NCBI GenBank assembly: GCA_013265495.1
Contig: MU058669.1
Location: 354,056 to 418,055, forward strand
Direction: 5' to 3'
DNA from: Vicugna vicugna
Lineage: Eukaryota
Length of the DNA stretch: 64,000 nucleotides
This document shows, one piece after another, positions 24,956 through 38,109 of the stretch; the stretch's first letter is position 1; each line of letters starts with the position of its first letter. The notes below the pieces were generated by a model, which was not told the DNA's origin, did no database searches, and was given only the letters and a program-made list of their open reading frames with translations. A program made the translations under genes and the position numbers.

Positions 24956-25639
24956 GAGAAAGGAGTAGCTCTGAGACCTAGGAAGCCATCATCAGGCTCC
25001 TTCTCTGTCAACCTCCCTACTCCAGAGGCAAAGTTACAAAGGTTACTAAGAAATGAAGGCTTTAGTGGTGACGGATGCACAACTCAGTGACTATAATAAA
25101 ATTCACTGAAGCATACACTTTAAGAGGGTGACCTGGATGGTATGGTATGGCATATATATTGAATTATATCCCAATAAACCTGTTATTAAAATGAAGAAGA
25201 AGAGAGGCTTCCTGTAGGAATAAGCTCTTGCCCAGACTATGATACAGACAAGACCTAGCCTTGGTAACCTCCCAGCTTCCCTTTAATGGCCCTTTCCTGC
25301 CTCTGGAAAAGAAACCTGGTTTTTAGCCAGCAAGCGAAGTTGGCAAGTATGAGAAGATAGAAGGCATACTGGATCTGTAGTCAGGAAGTCCTGCTTTGTC
25401 ATTACCTGGCTGTGTGGGTCAATTTGCCTCTCTGGGTCTCAGTGTCACTATCATAAAATAAGGATCATAATCCCTGATCTGTTTAGATCAAGAATAGTTG
25501 AGATCAACAATAGAGGCAAGAGATGAGAAAGTACTCTTTGTAATTGTTACGGTTCACCCCAGGTGCAACAGATACAGGACAGGCCACCACATCTCCGCCC
25601 TATGCCCGTGGTAGATGTAGTCAATCAGTCATGACACTC

Positions 25640-26142
25640 CTTACTGTAGCAAGCACTGCAGCTAATGGGCATCTCCCCTTCTGCCATGGTGGCGAAGCCC
25701 TGCTTCTGTTACCATATTTCCTTCACATAATTTAGGACTCTATCTTGGCAAGCTGTGCCAATCTTGGTGGTCCTACTTTCCTTACAAGTATACAATCAAT
25801 GGAGGGAGTCTGATGGGATTAGAGGCAGGGGTTGGGAAGGGTTTTCTCATTGATTCAAAGGTGACAGAGAGAAAATACCGTATTCTCTGCTCCTGGCAGG
25901 AGCTCCTGTAGGAATCTTGTGTCTCTGAGAAAAAAAAAAAAGAAACTAGACATGCTGAGGTTAATAGAAAAGAAAGATGGAAAGAACTAGGTCTCTGAGA
26001 TCATCACTGAGCTGTTAAACTAACTAGTTCTGAAGTGGCCCTAACCCTGGACTCCTTATTATTTCAGTATATTAAACCTTCTCATTGTTTCAGTTATTGT
26101 GAATTGACTTTCTGTTGCTTGCAGCCCAAAGCACCCTAATTT
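25640..26142 (+). mobile_element. ERVL LTR (LTR16-like)
   Basis: gaaagatggaaagaactaggtctctgagatcatcactgagctg...ttctgttgcttgcagcccaaagcaccctaa. Confidence 0.7.
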
Positions 26143-26439
26143 GTAAACCCACAGAGCTGTGATGTGGTCTTAGACTCTTCTTAAATATCAGGCTTTAGAA
26201 TGTCATTATTAATTGCAAAGAGGTATTGATGCCAGTAAATAATTCCTGATTTAACGTTATCCCTTTTAGTAATTCATTATTAAATTTTGGGACAAAAAGG
26301 GCTGCATAAAACAAAATACATCCAGGTAAATATTTCTTCTGCCAACAGGAATAAATCTTCCGTGTGATCTCAATATTTATGAGCATTTACTGTGTATGTA
26401 AGAGGCACTGGAGGAATTAAAGTGATGAAGAGGAAAGAT

Positions 26440-29437
26440 GCCAGTGGAGGTGGCATGGTCCTTTCAGCATCTCTGAATCCCCACAGAAGTGCACAGAGCA
26501 ACTAGGTGACAAAACCCATGGAACAACAATCACAACCAAATCAGTTCACAAGGAATCCCCATGAACCCTAAAATACAAGTGGATGAGTGAGAACAAGCCA
26601 CTATTAATCACCAGGCTGACATGTTATTGGCGTCTGTACAGGGGAATAAAAGGAAGCAATGGGAACAATGGCTGCTAGTCCTAGAGCGGACACTGAAACA
26701 GCCAACGGGCATCTGCTGGGAAAGCACAATGCACCAATGTGAGAACAGCAGCTAAAACTTGGAGGGTTTCTGCCCAACCCAGTAACAGGCAGGTACAGAA
26801 GGGCCTCAGTAAGCAGGTCTGATGGGGCTGGAGCAGCCTAGCCTCTGCGAACTCTTGAAGCAAATCTGCCCCAGGGCAGATGAAGACCTGCACTGAGGAG
26901 AAACTGCTCGGTGAAGTTCCAGTTGAGCAGGACAGGAACAATGGAGATGAAGGAAAGAGGAGTTTCACATAAAAATGGGAGAGGGAAACAGAGCCAGGAA
27001 ATCTAAGAAAATCAGCCACCATGTTTTCTAATATTACATACCAAAAAGATTTTTTAAAAAGAGAGAGAAAGAAAGAGAGAGAAGGTGGGGAAGCTCTGTG
27101 AAGTTAGAAAAGCTTTACTAAACCTCACCTTATTCTAAAAGTTCAAGAAAACAAATTTCACCAAAAAATTAACAATAGCAAAATATTGATGTCAAATCTC
27201 ATGGAAAATCATTATTTTACAAAAGACTGAGAAGCAGGATAGCATTCCTATGGGCAATGAAAGCATGCTTGAAAGACATGCTCATAAAATGGATGAAAAC
27301 TCTAACTTACTATTTCAAAATTAGCTTAAAAGACATTAACCAAATGCACCAAAAAGAACAACATAAATTAGAAAGAATTAGAAATGAGGTAACAGACCCA
27401 GGAAAGAATTAGCAATAAAAGAAGAAATCATGTCAGAAATGAAGACTAAACTAGAAGAAACAAAGACCCAAAAGACACAACAGTCAATGCCTCAAATAGG
27501 TAAAAAGAAGAAAAATTTTAAATCAAGAAAAATGGAGGGAAAAGAAAACAGAATCAGGAGAAAAGTGACAGGTAGTGAAGACAGGCAAAAAACAAAAAAA
27601 GATCTAACAGACTGATAAGAGTTAAGAGGAGTCTCTGAAGACAAAAACCAAAACAAGGTAATAGCAAAAAGACTAAAAACTATAATTCAGGAAAAATTTC
27701 CTGAACTTTAAGAAAAAAAGAAGATTTGAAAGTAGATACTGAAAGAGCTCAGAATACTGATCCAGGACAACCAACACTGAGGCATAATCCAGTAAATTTG
27801 CTGGAAAGAGAGGAAGGAAAGAAGGAAGGGAGGGAGGAAGAGAGGGTACTTTGGGGTACCCAAGAAAAAGAGGCAAGGTATTTACAAGGCAAAGGAAATT
27901 ACATTATCACCAGACTTGCTGACAGTAACACTTTATCTTTATGCCAGAAGAAACTGGAGTAACATATTCAAGATACTCAAGGAAAGAAAATGTGAACCAA
28001 GGATTTTATATCCAGCAAGACTGACTTACTAGTGTAAAGAAGGGCACAAATGTTATTAACATTTAAGAACCCAAGAAATATTGGTCTTGGTCCCAGGAGC
28101 CCTGCCTAAGGAATCTAATAGAAAACATGCTTCAGACAACCAAACTGACTAAAGCGGTACCAACACACAGACTGACAGTGAACATTAAATACACAGTTAC
28201 CTGCAGAACTGTGATTAAGTGAGAGTTAAGAGGGAAAGGGTAGTATAATCCAGATATAGGACAACTATAAAAACAATGGAGGGAGAATGAAGAGAGTATA
28301 TATGAAAAAGATTTTTTAGTGTTTTGAATAATCATATTTTAGTAGTATTAGTATCATCGTTCTGATATTCCTGTATGTGTAATATGGGATGATATAAAAG
28401 AGCCTAACTCTGCTACCTTTCGTGTTACTGAAAACCACAGTTTTTGGTGCAGAGAAAGAGGTAAAAGTTGTAAGAGAGAGAAAAAAAAAACAAAACTCTA
28501 GAGCCTTGAATTTTAGTTAAACATAGGTTTACAACACCATGGGGTATTTTATCTTTAAGTGTAAATAAAATATAAACACAAATATGTTTATAATCTCCCA
28601 CCCCTGTCCAATGAAAAGATTAGGAGCAAAGAGCATCTCTAGCCCTCATATTGTGGTCTTAAAACACCATTCCCCACTAAAAGAAACCAAGGGGTTTCTT
28701 AGAGAAATGACTGATTCTAGGTCTAAGGGAGGAAATGTGCCAGATGAATCCAGAATATGGTTATACAGTAAAGAGCAGGGAAGCTATCAAAGCATGACTC
28801 AAGATTCAACTTGAAGAGACCCCCCCACAGAATAAATGAAGAAGAAATGACCGAATCAGAATACCAAGTGACTTTATGTGCTTCCTGATGAAGAAGCTTA
28901 CTGCCTATATTCTTGCCAGAGGGATCGACATCAGTCTGGGCAAGGCTATGGATCCAGCTGCCAATTTGCAGAAAATAAAGAAAATGGAGGACTATGCTAA
29001 CTTGAACCATGAATGTGCAATCAGCAAAATATAGACTGTTGGAAACTTGACAGGCTGGGCTTCTTGAATAGATAAATTATAAGTAAAAGAAAGAATTGGA
29101 AGGGAAACCTGTAGATTAAAACAGACTTTAAAAACATCACATTTTAAACAGGGTAACACCAAAATACTAGGAATTCACATTGGGGTGATAAACCTATTGT
29201 TTTAATGAAAGGGAGAGATTGCTATAAAAGTAAGGTTACTATTAGGGAGAGAGAGGGAATGATGACTGAATAGGGCTCAAGAGGGGGTTTCTGCAAGGAC
29301 TGGCAATGTTCTATTTCCTGGCAGGTGGTCACCACAAGGGGATTCACCTCATAATAACTCATTAAGTTTGCAGTTGTTTTGTTGTGTAGTTTTCTGTATC
29401 TTGTATTTTATTTTGCAATAAAAAGATTGTTTTTAAA
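26440..29437 (+). mobile_element. Old L1-derived element with 5' UTR, ORF1 remnant and L1MC4-like 3' UTR but no ORF2 (HAL1/L1MC4a-like)
   Basis: ~27952-28026 translates NWSNIFKILKERKCEPRILYPARLT (L1 ORF1 C-terminal motif); 3' UTR-like sequence from ~28580; ends tttgcaataaaaag. Confidence 0.75.
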
Positions 29438-29799
29438 AGATAGGAAGAGAGGGAAAAGAGAAAGGCTCCACTTCTATATCTGTCCCTTGACACGTGTTGT
29501 GTTGAGACACAGGGATCATAGACAGGGTGTATTCCAGACACAGGACACAGCCTAAGCAAAGGCAATGAGGTAGAAATGAGATGAGTGACAAATTCTGGCA
29601 ACAGCAAATGGTCCTGTTTGGCTGCCCAATGGCTCTACACAGAGAATAGTAGGAAATAAAACTAGAAAATGTAAGTTGAGAAAATGCTGTTTGGAAGTCT
29701 CACTGTGCCAGGACATACCATCTGTACTTAATGTATTAGGCAGAAGAGAAAGGATAAATATTTCTCTACAGGGACTGACCCCTGGATTGAGTCACTCCA

Positions 29800-30115
29800 C
29801 TGGTTATTTCTCACTCCAGCCCCTTCCTCCTTCCTCCTTCCTAACAGAACTCTCATTTTTGTCTCATTATCCATCCTGCAGGTTTTTGCATCTACAGGTG
29901 ATAGCTGGAGCTACAGCAGCCATCTTGAGACAATGAGGAACTTTAACCTGGGGAGAATGTGTTGAGTATGGTAAAGCAGAAAGATGGCAGGAATATAAAT
30001 TTCAGATGATGCTGCCAAGCCACCAAATTAATTAATTTCACAGTTGCCCTTATGCTAGGGTTCTTGTTATATGAGTTAATAAAGCTCCATATCATTACTT
30101 GCAGCTGAAAGTAGC
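29800..30115 (+). mobile_element. ERVL LTR (LTR16-like), partial
   Basis: gctggagctacagcagccatcttgagacaatgagg...gcagaaagatgg...ttcttgttatatgagttaataaa...ttacttgcagctgaaa. Confidence 0.7.
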
Positions 30116-31126
30116 CAAAATTATAAAGAAGCATTAAAAGGGAAATAATTTAAAAAAAACCCACCTATATACTGATAGATATGACTCCAAGAAATGCCTT
30201 GAAACAGTCTCCATGCTCTTTAGTGGTCCAGCGGACTCATTGGTTGCCCTGAACAATCCATCTCCTAGTTTGACAGAAACACAGAAGGTTCCAGCAGCCA
30301 GCTTAAGTTTACCACTTAATCACACAAGTCTAGCTGGTGTCAAGCTCTTAAAGGAGTTGATCCCAGGGAACAGGGAGAAAAATGAAAAGGAAATAAAATT
30401 GAACAGTTGCCTGCAGAGAACACCAGCAGTGCATGATTGATTTCCATGTAATCTCCATTTGTCTCCCTGGAATTTCTTCATCAGATCTCTGGCACAGGGT
30501 CACAGAGAGGCACGATGCTGCTCGTGCCTGGAGTGTGGTCAGGGAAAGAAGTGTTCCTTTATATGCCCTTGAAGGTCAAAGAGACCAAGACAAGCGTTCT
30601 GGGGGAGAGCAAGAGAGAGATCTTCCTTTCTTTGCAACAGTGGCAAAGCTCAGGCCACACGTCGCTGCAACTAAGGTGGAAGGTTAGGCTACTGGCTACC
30701 CTTTTAGTAGTTTCATCTCTTGAGCTGGTGAGCCCCTGAGATCTGGAAAGTTTGTGCCCATCCTGGCTGTTTTCAGTCCATTAACTGCTCAGGGCAGGGG
30801 TCTTGGCCCTGACAACAGCTGATATGAAGGATCCCTCCACTGATCCATCCATCCCCAAAACCACAGGGGGAAAACAAGTTATTTGAGGGATCTGGACTTG
30901 GGGTCACTGGTGATGGAGAAAGGTTAGAAAGGAGTAGAAGAGGATGGAAGGGCAGAGTGGGCTGTACCCTGAGGTCATTTCAAAGTGCCACCCCTTTCAC
31001 TGGTTTGATGCTCTTTGCTGTGGACTGAATGTTCTCTGGTATTAACACTGGAGTGTCTGTTTGCCTAGCGTCCCTGCCACTGGGGTGGAGCCCTGGGCTC
31101 AAAGGGAACAGAGAGAGCGCCTAGGA

Positions 31127-31300
31127 CAGCGGTGCTTAAAGTGCAGGCCCCACTAAGCAGCAACAACATCCCTCAGAGAGCGGCTAGAAATGCAAATCCC
31201 CAGGCCCTACCAGCCAACTGAATCACACCTCTAGGAGTGGGTCCCAGAAATCTGTGTTTAAGCAAGCCCTCCAGGTGATTTTCATGCACCGGAAGACTAG
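31127..31300. mobile_element. MER5A-like hAT-Charlie MITE
   Basis: tagaaatgcaaatccccaggccc...ctgaatca...aatctgtgtttaagcaagccctccaggtgatttt. Confidence 0.85.
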
Positions 31301-31959
31301 ACCAATAACCTCATTATGCAGGCGGGAAAGGGCAGGGCCAGGCGCTTAAACTGACTCACTTAGGATCCTGTGGCTGGACAGCAGCAGAGGCTAACCTAGA
31401 AGCTGGGTCTGACTCCCAGGCTAGTGCCTTTCCCACTGCATCAGAAAAGAAGGCAAAGCTATAATGCCATAAAGCCACCTTGAGTGATTCCAAACCCATA
31501 CTCAGCCATTTCCAGTGTTTCTGCATACCTCCCAGCACCGTATCTGGAGCCCTGAGCCTAAAACACTTCCATTTCCAGTATGGGACAATAAGACCCGAGC
31601 ATCCTCTCCCCTCCTGGCTCCTCCATATGGCCGGTATTAGAGGAAGGTATCCACGGTCGCCCAGTGACTGAAGCCAGAAATCCCAACAACTGTGGCCCAG
31701 AATGCTTAAAGCAGGACTGCCTGGATGCCAACCCCAGCTATGTGACTTGTCCCCTGTGTGTCACAGTGGGCAAATTTTCACCTTTCTGAGCCAGTTTCCC
31801 TAGCTGTAATCTGAAGACAGTGCACTTACAGGGATATTGCCTGCGGTGAGGATGAGAATGAGGTAACCCACGCTGGGTGCTAAGCATTGCTCCTGGCACA
31901 GAGCTAAGTGTCAGCTGGCACTGCTCTCCTTAGTGTCACTCTGTCCCTCTCCTCCCCGT

Positions 31960-32590
31960 GTCCCCCTAGTGACCAAGTCCTGCTGATTCCACCTCTTTGA
32001 CTGTTCCCACCTCCAGGCTCTTCTCCTGGTCTTTGCATGTCCATCCCCACTGCCGTGGTGTGGCTCTGGTCCTCATTCTGTGCCCCTGCACCACCACACA
32101 AGTCTTCCAGCCAGTCTCATAGCCTCCAGTCCCTCGTCTAGTCTGCCCCTCAGGCTTACAGCCCAGTGAGCTTTCTGGATTGCAGGTTGAGTTTCAGCTC
32201 CTGGGCAGAAGCCACGAGGTCCCTGGTGATCAGCACCCCCATCTCTATCTTACATCTAGGTTCCGCCAACTGACCCCATGCTCTAGACCTAGTTACATTT
32301 GGGACCACAAAAACTGTGGACTTCTCACACCACTGTGCTCTGCTCTCTCTGCTAAGAATGCCCGACCTCTGTCTGCCTGGCAAATCCACGCTCATCTTTC
32401 CAGGCATAGCCCAGTCTGGTTCTCAGGCAGAGGTGACTGCCCCTGCTTTGTGCCTCTCTCACAGTACCTGTTTCACTTTACTGCACCTACTCTTTCCCAC
32501 ATCTGCCACCCCTGCTGTCTGCTGGATTGTCACTCTATCCCAAGCACTCTCCCTGGCATAGAGAAGGCGTCCTAAATGTCTCTATTAAAC
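31960..32590 (+). mobile_element. L2 3' region (preceded by a MIR at ~31690-31910)
   Basis: caagtcctgctgattccacctc...gcctggcaaatcc...ccaagcactctccctggcatagagaaggcgtcctaaatgt. Confidence 0.7.
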
Positions 32591-33349
32591 GGATCAACAC
32601 TGGACTCCCCCAATCTCACCAGCTGCAGCACTGCTGCCCTCTGGGCTCAGAGAACAAACCTGCGCTGGTGGTCCCCCGGAAAGCCTCTGAGGGGTTGGAA
32701 TCCCATCTCTCGACAAAGCAGGCTAGAATGATTCTCGATACAAACGTGGCTGTGATGCGTAAAGCAGGCCATATGCATGTTATCTAACTATGTAATCCGT
32801 CCATCACTAGGCAGTCATTCAGTTTCCAGGATGGGCAAAGCTCCTCCTGGTTTCAAAAAAAAGAGCCCTCTCCCCACATCCAGGGTGCAATGTGGCAATG
32901 GAATTAAGAGCTTGCTGTTACAGCCCCGCACTGGGCTGGAGACGTGGCTTCTGGTTCCTGGCACTGCCACTTGCTTGCTGGGCAAGAGGCTTCCCCGTGT
33001 GGGCCTCCTCTGATCCTTGTCTGAACAAGGGCTATGTACCAGAAGCTCCCCGAGCGCCTTTTAGAGCTCAGAGCTCGAACATTACAGAAATTTAAGTGCC
33101 ACTTATAAGGAGAGAACAGGGACGATTCTTGCTTTCCACCCTCACTGCCTCCTGAGCACTCAGCAGTTCACACAGGGGACAGATGGGAGACACCATATTC
33201 GGTGAACAAATGACTTGACGCCTCCTGTTCTCACCCAGGTACTCTTTGACTGAGGACTGCATGCCAGCAGGACCCAAGTAAGTGCTCCTGGAGTCGGGCG
33301 TGCTTTCCTACATACACAACCTTCCCTCACTTTGAGATGTAACCCAAGG

Positions 33350-33580
33350 AGGCGATATTCCATAGTGGTTAATAACACACGGCCTAGAATCAGACTCTGG
33401 TTCTTTCATTTAGTAGCTGTGTGACCTTGAACAAACTGCTTAGTCACTCTGTGTCTCATCAGTAAAATAGGGGCAATAACAGTTATACCTTACGGCATCA
33501 TCTTGAGGATTAAAATAGTTAATACGGTTAATTCCTTAAATAGTGCCTGCCACAGGGTGAGCACTGGACAAAAATTATTA
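33350..33580 (+). mobile_element. MIR SINE
   Basis: catagtggttaa...tagtagctgtgtgaccttgaacaa...gtaaaatagggg...tgaggattaaa. Confidence 0.88.
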
Positions 33581-33584
33581 AGTT

Positions 33585-33877
33585 GTTATGTTTGCTCAAA
33601 GATTTTCAGGAAAAGAGCACCGCTGTCTGAAGGCATTTCGAGAATGGCACTGATCCATTCAAGAGGGCTCTGACCTCGTGATTTAACAGCCTCCCAAAGT
33701 CCCCACACAGAGAGATGTCGTCAGTCTGCAACATGGAAGAGGATCCTCCCCACTCCCTGACCCTGATGGTAGTCTGATCTGGGACTTCCAGCCTCCAGAA
33801 CTGCAAGAAAAAATTTCTATTGTTTCTAAGCCACCCAGCCTGTGGGACTTTGTTATAGCAGCCAGGACTAAGATACA
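33585..33877 (+). mobile_element. MLT1A-like solo LTR with an internal inverted segment
   Basis: 3' half ggacttccagcctccagaactg...aagccacccagcctgtgggactttgttatagcagcc...aagataca is sense MLT1A; ~33606-33705 matches the same consensus in reverse. Confidence 0.85.
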
Positions 33878-34334
33878 ACGCCACAACAAAATGTGAACGG
33901 ATCGATGCTACAGTGTAACTGTGGTTATCTCTGGGTGGTCATGATTGCTGGGGATTCTCTCTTTGCGTTTGAGCTTATCTGTATTTTGTAGCACTCTACA
34001 ACATCCTCCCTCTCTCCCAGACGTCTCTTTCCACATTCCAGGAACTCTGGCCTGGCTAAGCCTGCAGCTCTGCTCCCCAGCTCGGGCCCAGCGTTCCAAG
34101 CAACTGCCAAACTCCAAGCCCAACCTCCTCAGGAATGGGCTGGGGTGGAGCCTCTGCACAGGGGCCTCATCTAACTGGCAAAAACACATTCTTTCCATGG
34201 GCATTTCCAGAAAGAACCACAGTCAGAAGTGAGAATGTCACATGTCTGAAGTAGACCATCCATCAGGCAGAACTTCTGTGGGGCCCAGATTCTTGGCAAA
34301 GAGCCCTCTCAAAGTAACATTTCCAGCCACTTAA

Positions 34335-36140
34335 CTAAGCATTTAAGCTCTGCTCTGCCCTGAAAAGCTGTGCTAAATGCATTCCGAGCATTATCTTGTT
34401 TGATCTCCACAACCTTGCAAGACCAGTATTGTCCCCCTCAATTACGGATAAGGACACTTGAGGCCCTGCCACATCTTGCCCCGGTCATGTAGCTAGGAAG
34501 TAGCCTGGCGGACTCAACCCCTAGTCTAACTCTGCTGTGGACAGTCAAACAGCATCTTCTCGATGGTTTAGTAGACCTCGGTGTACCTGGCCTTGAATTT
34601 CCCTCTCCTCATCCATGGACCTGGACTCTTGTCAACACTCAAGATGCCTGAATAAGATACAGCTAACCCTGCATGACTTTTCACAACTTCCTAGCTTCTA
34701 TTCTCCAGCCACAAAATGGAACTGCTGTTTTTAACCAATCTGTGACCATTTATGCTGCGTGCTGGGGAAATTCACATTCAACCCAGGACCCGAGAAACTA
34801 TCAGAAATGGCCCAATTCCTTAAGCCTCCATCAAATCTCACTGTAGATATAAGACCGACAGACTGAGAGGTCCCCAAAACTGTGTCAAGCTGCCCCTTAC
34901 TGAGTGCTCTAATCTGTGATTAGGATCTTGCTTACACTTCTGCAGGAAGTACCATCCTTTACTAGACCTACCATGTACCACATGTGTTACGTACTTCCTC
35001 TCTTCCGATCCTTATCACAACTCTGCGAGGCGTCCTTCACCATCTTACAGGTGAGGATGCTGGGTCTGAGAGAAGCTGAGACACCTGCCCAACGTGACCC
35101 GGAACCAGGACTTACCCTGTAGCATCTAGCAGACTCAGTCACATTTGAGGGTTATTTTTGTCTGTCTGTCACTCCATCAGCCTGTAGACCCATAACAATA
35201 GGGACGAACTCTGGTCAGAACTGTGTGCCTCACTGACCTAGTCCTGTACCCGATATACACACAAACACACATACACAGGCAATACTACACAGGAAGCAAT
35301 CAAGGTAACTCAAAAAGGAGTTCTGGATTCAGACAGATCTGGGTTTGAACAAAAGCTTTTCCATGTCCTAAGTGTCTGTCCTTTAAGTAATTCAGTCTTG
35401 TCTGAGCTTCAGTTTCCTTGCCTGTTATATGGGGATTCCAACCAACTCCCCTCCTAGGGAGGGTGTGGGAGTGAACAGCAGACAGGGATATCCAACTCTG
35501 AGCAGAAGGTTGGGTATATAGTGACTGCTTATGAAAACACCAACATCTCTTGCTCCAAGGCCAGAAACAGAAGTGCCCAATTCATGAGACACTTGGAACT
35601 CCAGATGTTCTGTTCCCCCAGGAGCACGTGAGCTCGCTGAGGGCAGGGAAGGAATGTTTACAACTGCAACCCCAGCAGGAGCCAATAAATGGAGTCCAAC
35701 AAGTGGCTGGTGATGACAGAGACCTTTCCTGCGGGGATGGTGACTCTGAGCTGGGCGGCAGGGTCTCCTGAGCCAGCCTTGCCTCTCAAGTGGGGAAGAA
35801 TACAGCACCCACCGTGCAGAGTTCTGCTGAGGCAGAGAGGAGGTGCCCTTGGAAAGCCTCCTACCCACCCGAGCCTGATGGGAGGAAGAGGGGGGACATG
35901 GTGACACAGGGTTAAGTCAGAGCAGAGGCTGGGAAGGCCTTGCATGGGGGACCAAAGACAGGCACAAAGAGGAAGGGCTTTGGAGCCCTATAGGCAAGGG
36001 TTCAAGTCCCAGCGAGGCCTCACTGAGCCTCAGCTGCCTCATTACAAGGAGGAAAACAGAGCGGCCCCCGGGGAGGCTGTCCTGACTCAAATATAAGGTG
36101 TGCTGAGCACCTGGTACACAGTAAGAGCTCAATAAATGGT
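34335..36140. mobile_element. Cluster of MIR SINEs (~34335-34530 -, ~34960-35110 -, ~35310-35500 +, ~35975-36140 +)
   Basis: Repeated MIR cores such as ctgagcttcagtttcctt, ttacaggtgaggatgctgggtctgagaga and ctgagcctcagctgcctcatt. Confidence 0.7.
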
Positions 36141-36199
36141 AGGCATATTGGGGGATACAACCTCCTCAGACAGGAACAGAGCCAAATAGGAATTCAGCT

Positions 36200-36620
36200 T
36201 AGTGCAACTAAAATAAAAATAGGAGAGCCGAAACTGTTTCCTGAGGATGACTATTTATGAGGCCAATTTCAGCTTCCGAGCGCTAATGAATCCCCCACGG
36301 CAGCCTCCGTGCAGCTCCGAGTCCAGAGCACAGGGATGTGCCCTCCCCCGGGGTCTTGGAAGCACCACAGAAGCTTACGGTGCCCCATCAGTGTGGAATA
36401 GTCACAGCAATAACCCTAATAATGATCGGGGTAAAGTGCAGGGGGGCGGGCAAAAGAAGGTGCAGGTGGGAAGGAATAACACTTCAGCTGTTTTGCTTCC
36501 TCAAGACAAACTTCTGCCTGAAATAGATTAATTCAATCTGCATATTAATGTGGATTACTAATTAATGAGTAAAAAATGCTTTCAACGAGGAAAGTGCCAT
36601 GCAAGTGCTTAAAAAAACAA
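36200..36620. promoter_or_regulatory. Candidate conserved non-coding element
   Basis: Repeat-free; dense TAAT cores (gctaatga, gattaattca, atattaatg, actaattaatga) and TTTATGA. Confidence 0.45.
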
Positions 36621-36984
36621 CATTCAGGAGTCACAGGGTAAGTAGGGAAAGGAAATAGGTTGGCCTCTTTTTTTTTTTAACATTTAAACTTTTATGGTTG
36701 ATGGAAATAGAGGGCAATTAGGAAAATTCACTTAAAGCACAGAAACATAAAATAGGAAAGCCTGGTGTGAGGGGACTTTTGTGCTCCCGTGGAAACTTCT
36801 CACCACACTTACCGCAGGGGACTGTGACTGCGAGCCTACTTTCTGGTTCTGCCTTCTAGACCCTGAGTTCCCTGAGGGCAGGGGCCCTGTCTTCCGTCCC
36901 TCCCCAGCTCTGGTCCCCAACACTGCACCAGGCACGTAAGGAGTAGTTAATAACATGTAATGAAACAAACTAGTGACCCCAAAA

Positions 36985-37395
36985 GAGGAGGGTGAGGGCT
37001 GTGCCCAGTGACTTCCCTTCCTGAGAGCACAGTATGAAAAGGAGAGAAAAACGAGTAGCTTTACGGTGGAGAAATCTGACAAACGCCAACCGCAGTCAGG
37101 TGGTCAGGCTCAACATGAGCGGTGGTAAGTCAGGTGGGCAGTAGGTACCCTGGCTACATGTGATGAAAATGGCACTTCAGGACTCTGTGGTCTTCCTTCC
37201 AGAGATGCACCACTCCCATCTAAACATCAGAAAAACATAAGCCAAATTCTAATAGGTTCAGTGAAATCCCCGACCAGGACTCCTCGAAACCGTGAAGGTC
37301 ATCAGAAACAAGGAAACTCTGCGAATCTGTCACAGCCAAGAAGAACCTAGGAGATGTGGAGATTTAATGTAATGTGGTATCCTAGAGGGATTTCA
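36985..37395 (+). mobile_element. L1MC-type 3' region
   Basis: ctttacggtggagaaatctgacaaac...aaggtcatcagaaacaaggaaactct...ctgtcacagccaagaagaacctaggaga...aatgtaatgtggtatcct. Confidence 0.85.
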
Positions 37396-38109
37396 CAGAG
37401 GGAGAAATGGGTCTGGGAGGAGACACCTGCCCAAGGATTTAGAGACTCTCCTGGTGGATAGGTTCTCATAAGCATGCCGAATGCATTACAGAATAATAGA
37501 CATGGTATTCCTTTTCATACACAGTGAATATCTTGATAAAAAAAAAATCTGCAACTTAGATGCAATTTCCTCCCTCCTCTGAAAACCCTCAACTTCTGTT
37601 GACCTAAAGTCCTGCATAATTGGGCAGCAAGCACCCGATGGGAATCAAGAGATTCAATGAGCTGGAAGAATGGTCCTCAGAGCTCACCAAGACCAAATCC
37701 TCCCACTGAGCAGAAGAAAAACTGAGGCCCAAAGGAGGAGACAGCCTATTGCCAGCGTAGAACACTGGTGTCACACTTCACTCACGCTCTCTCGCTTGCA
37801 GTATCCAACATTCTCTCTGCTACCTGGACAGGTAGAACCAGTTTAGGGCCACGGAGGAATTCTCGCCAAATCCATGCTTTATCTTTGCCGACCTCAAGGC
37901 TATTAATAAGGGCAACCACGTGAAAAACGGTCTGGTATTTAGCTGCATGTCTTTTGCCCCAGCTTCTGGTCACTGCTAAGCAGAAAGCCCAGGCCTGGCA
38001 GGCTGAGGCCTGAGACACAAAGACAGCTTCCAAATGGCATATAGGGAAAGGGCCCAGCTCGGCCTGGCTGGCAGGCCACAGTGCCCTGTGCGGCCCCATC
38101 CATCAGCCA

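Noticed and set aside
35425..35945. Overlapping ORFs of 71-160 aa
   Set aside because: GC-richer sequence open in several frames on both strands, partly MIR, with no protein signature.
37782..38099. Possible - strand exon ending at a GTGAGT donor near 37785
   Set aside because: No convincing acceptor and no recognisable peptide.
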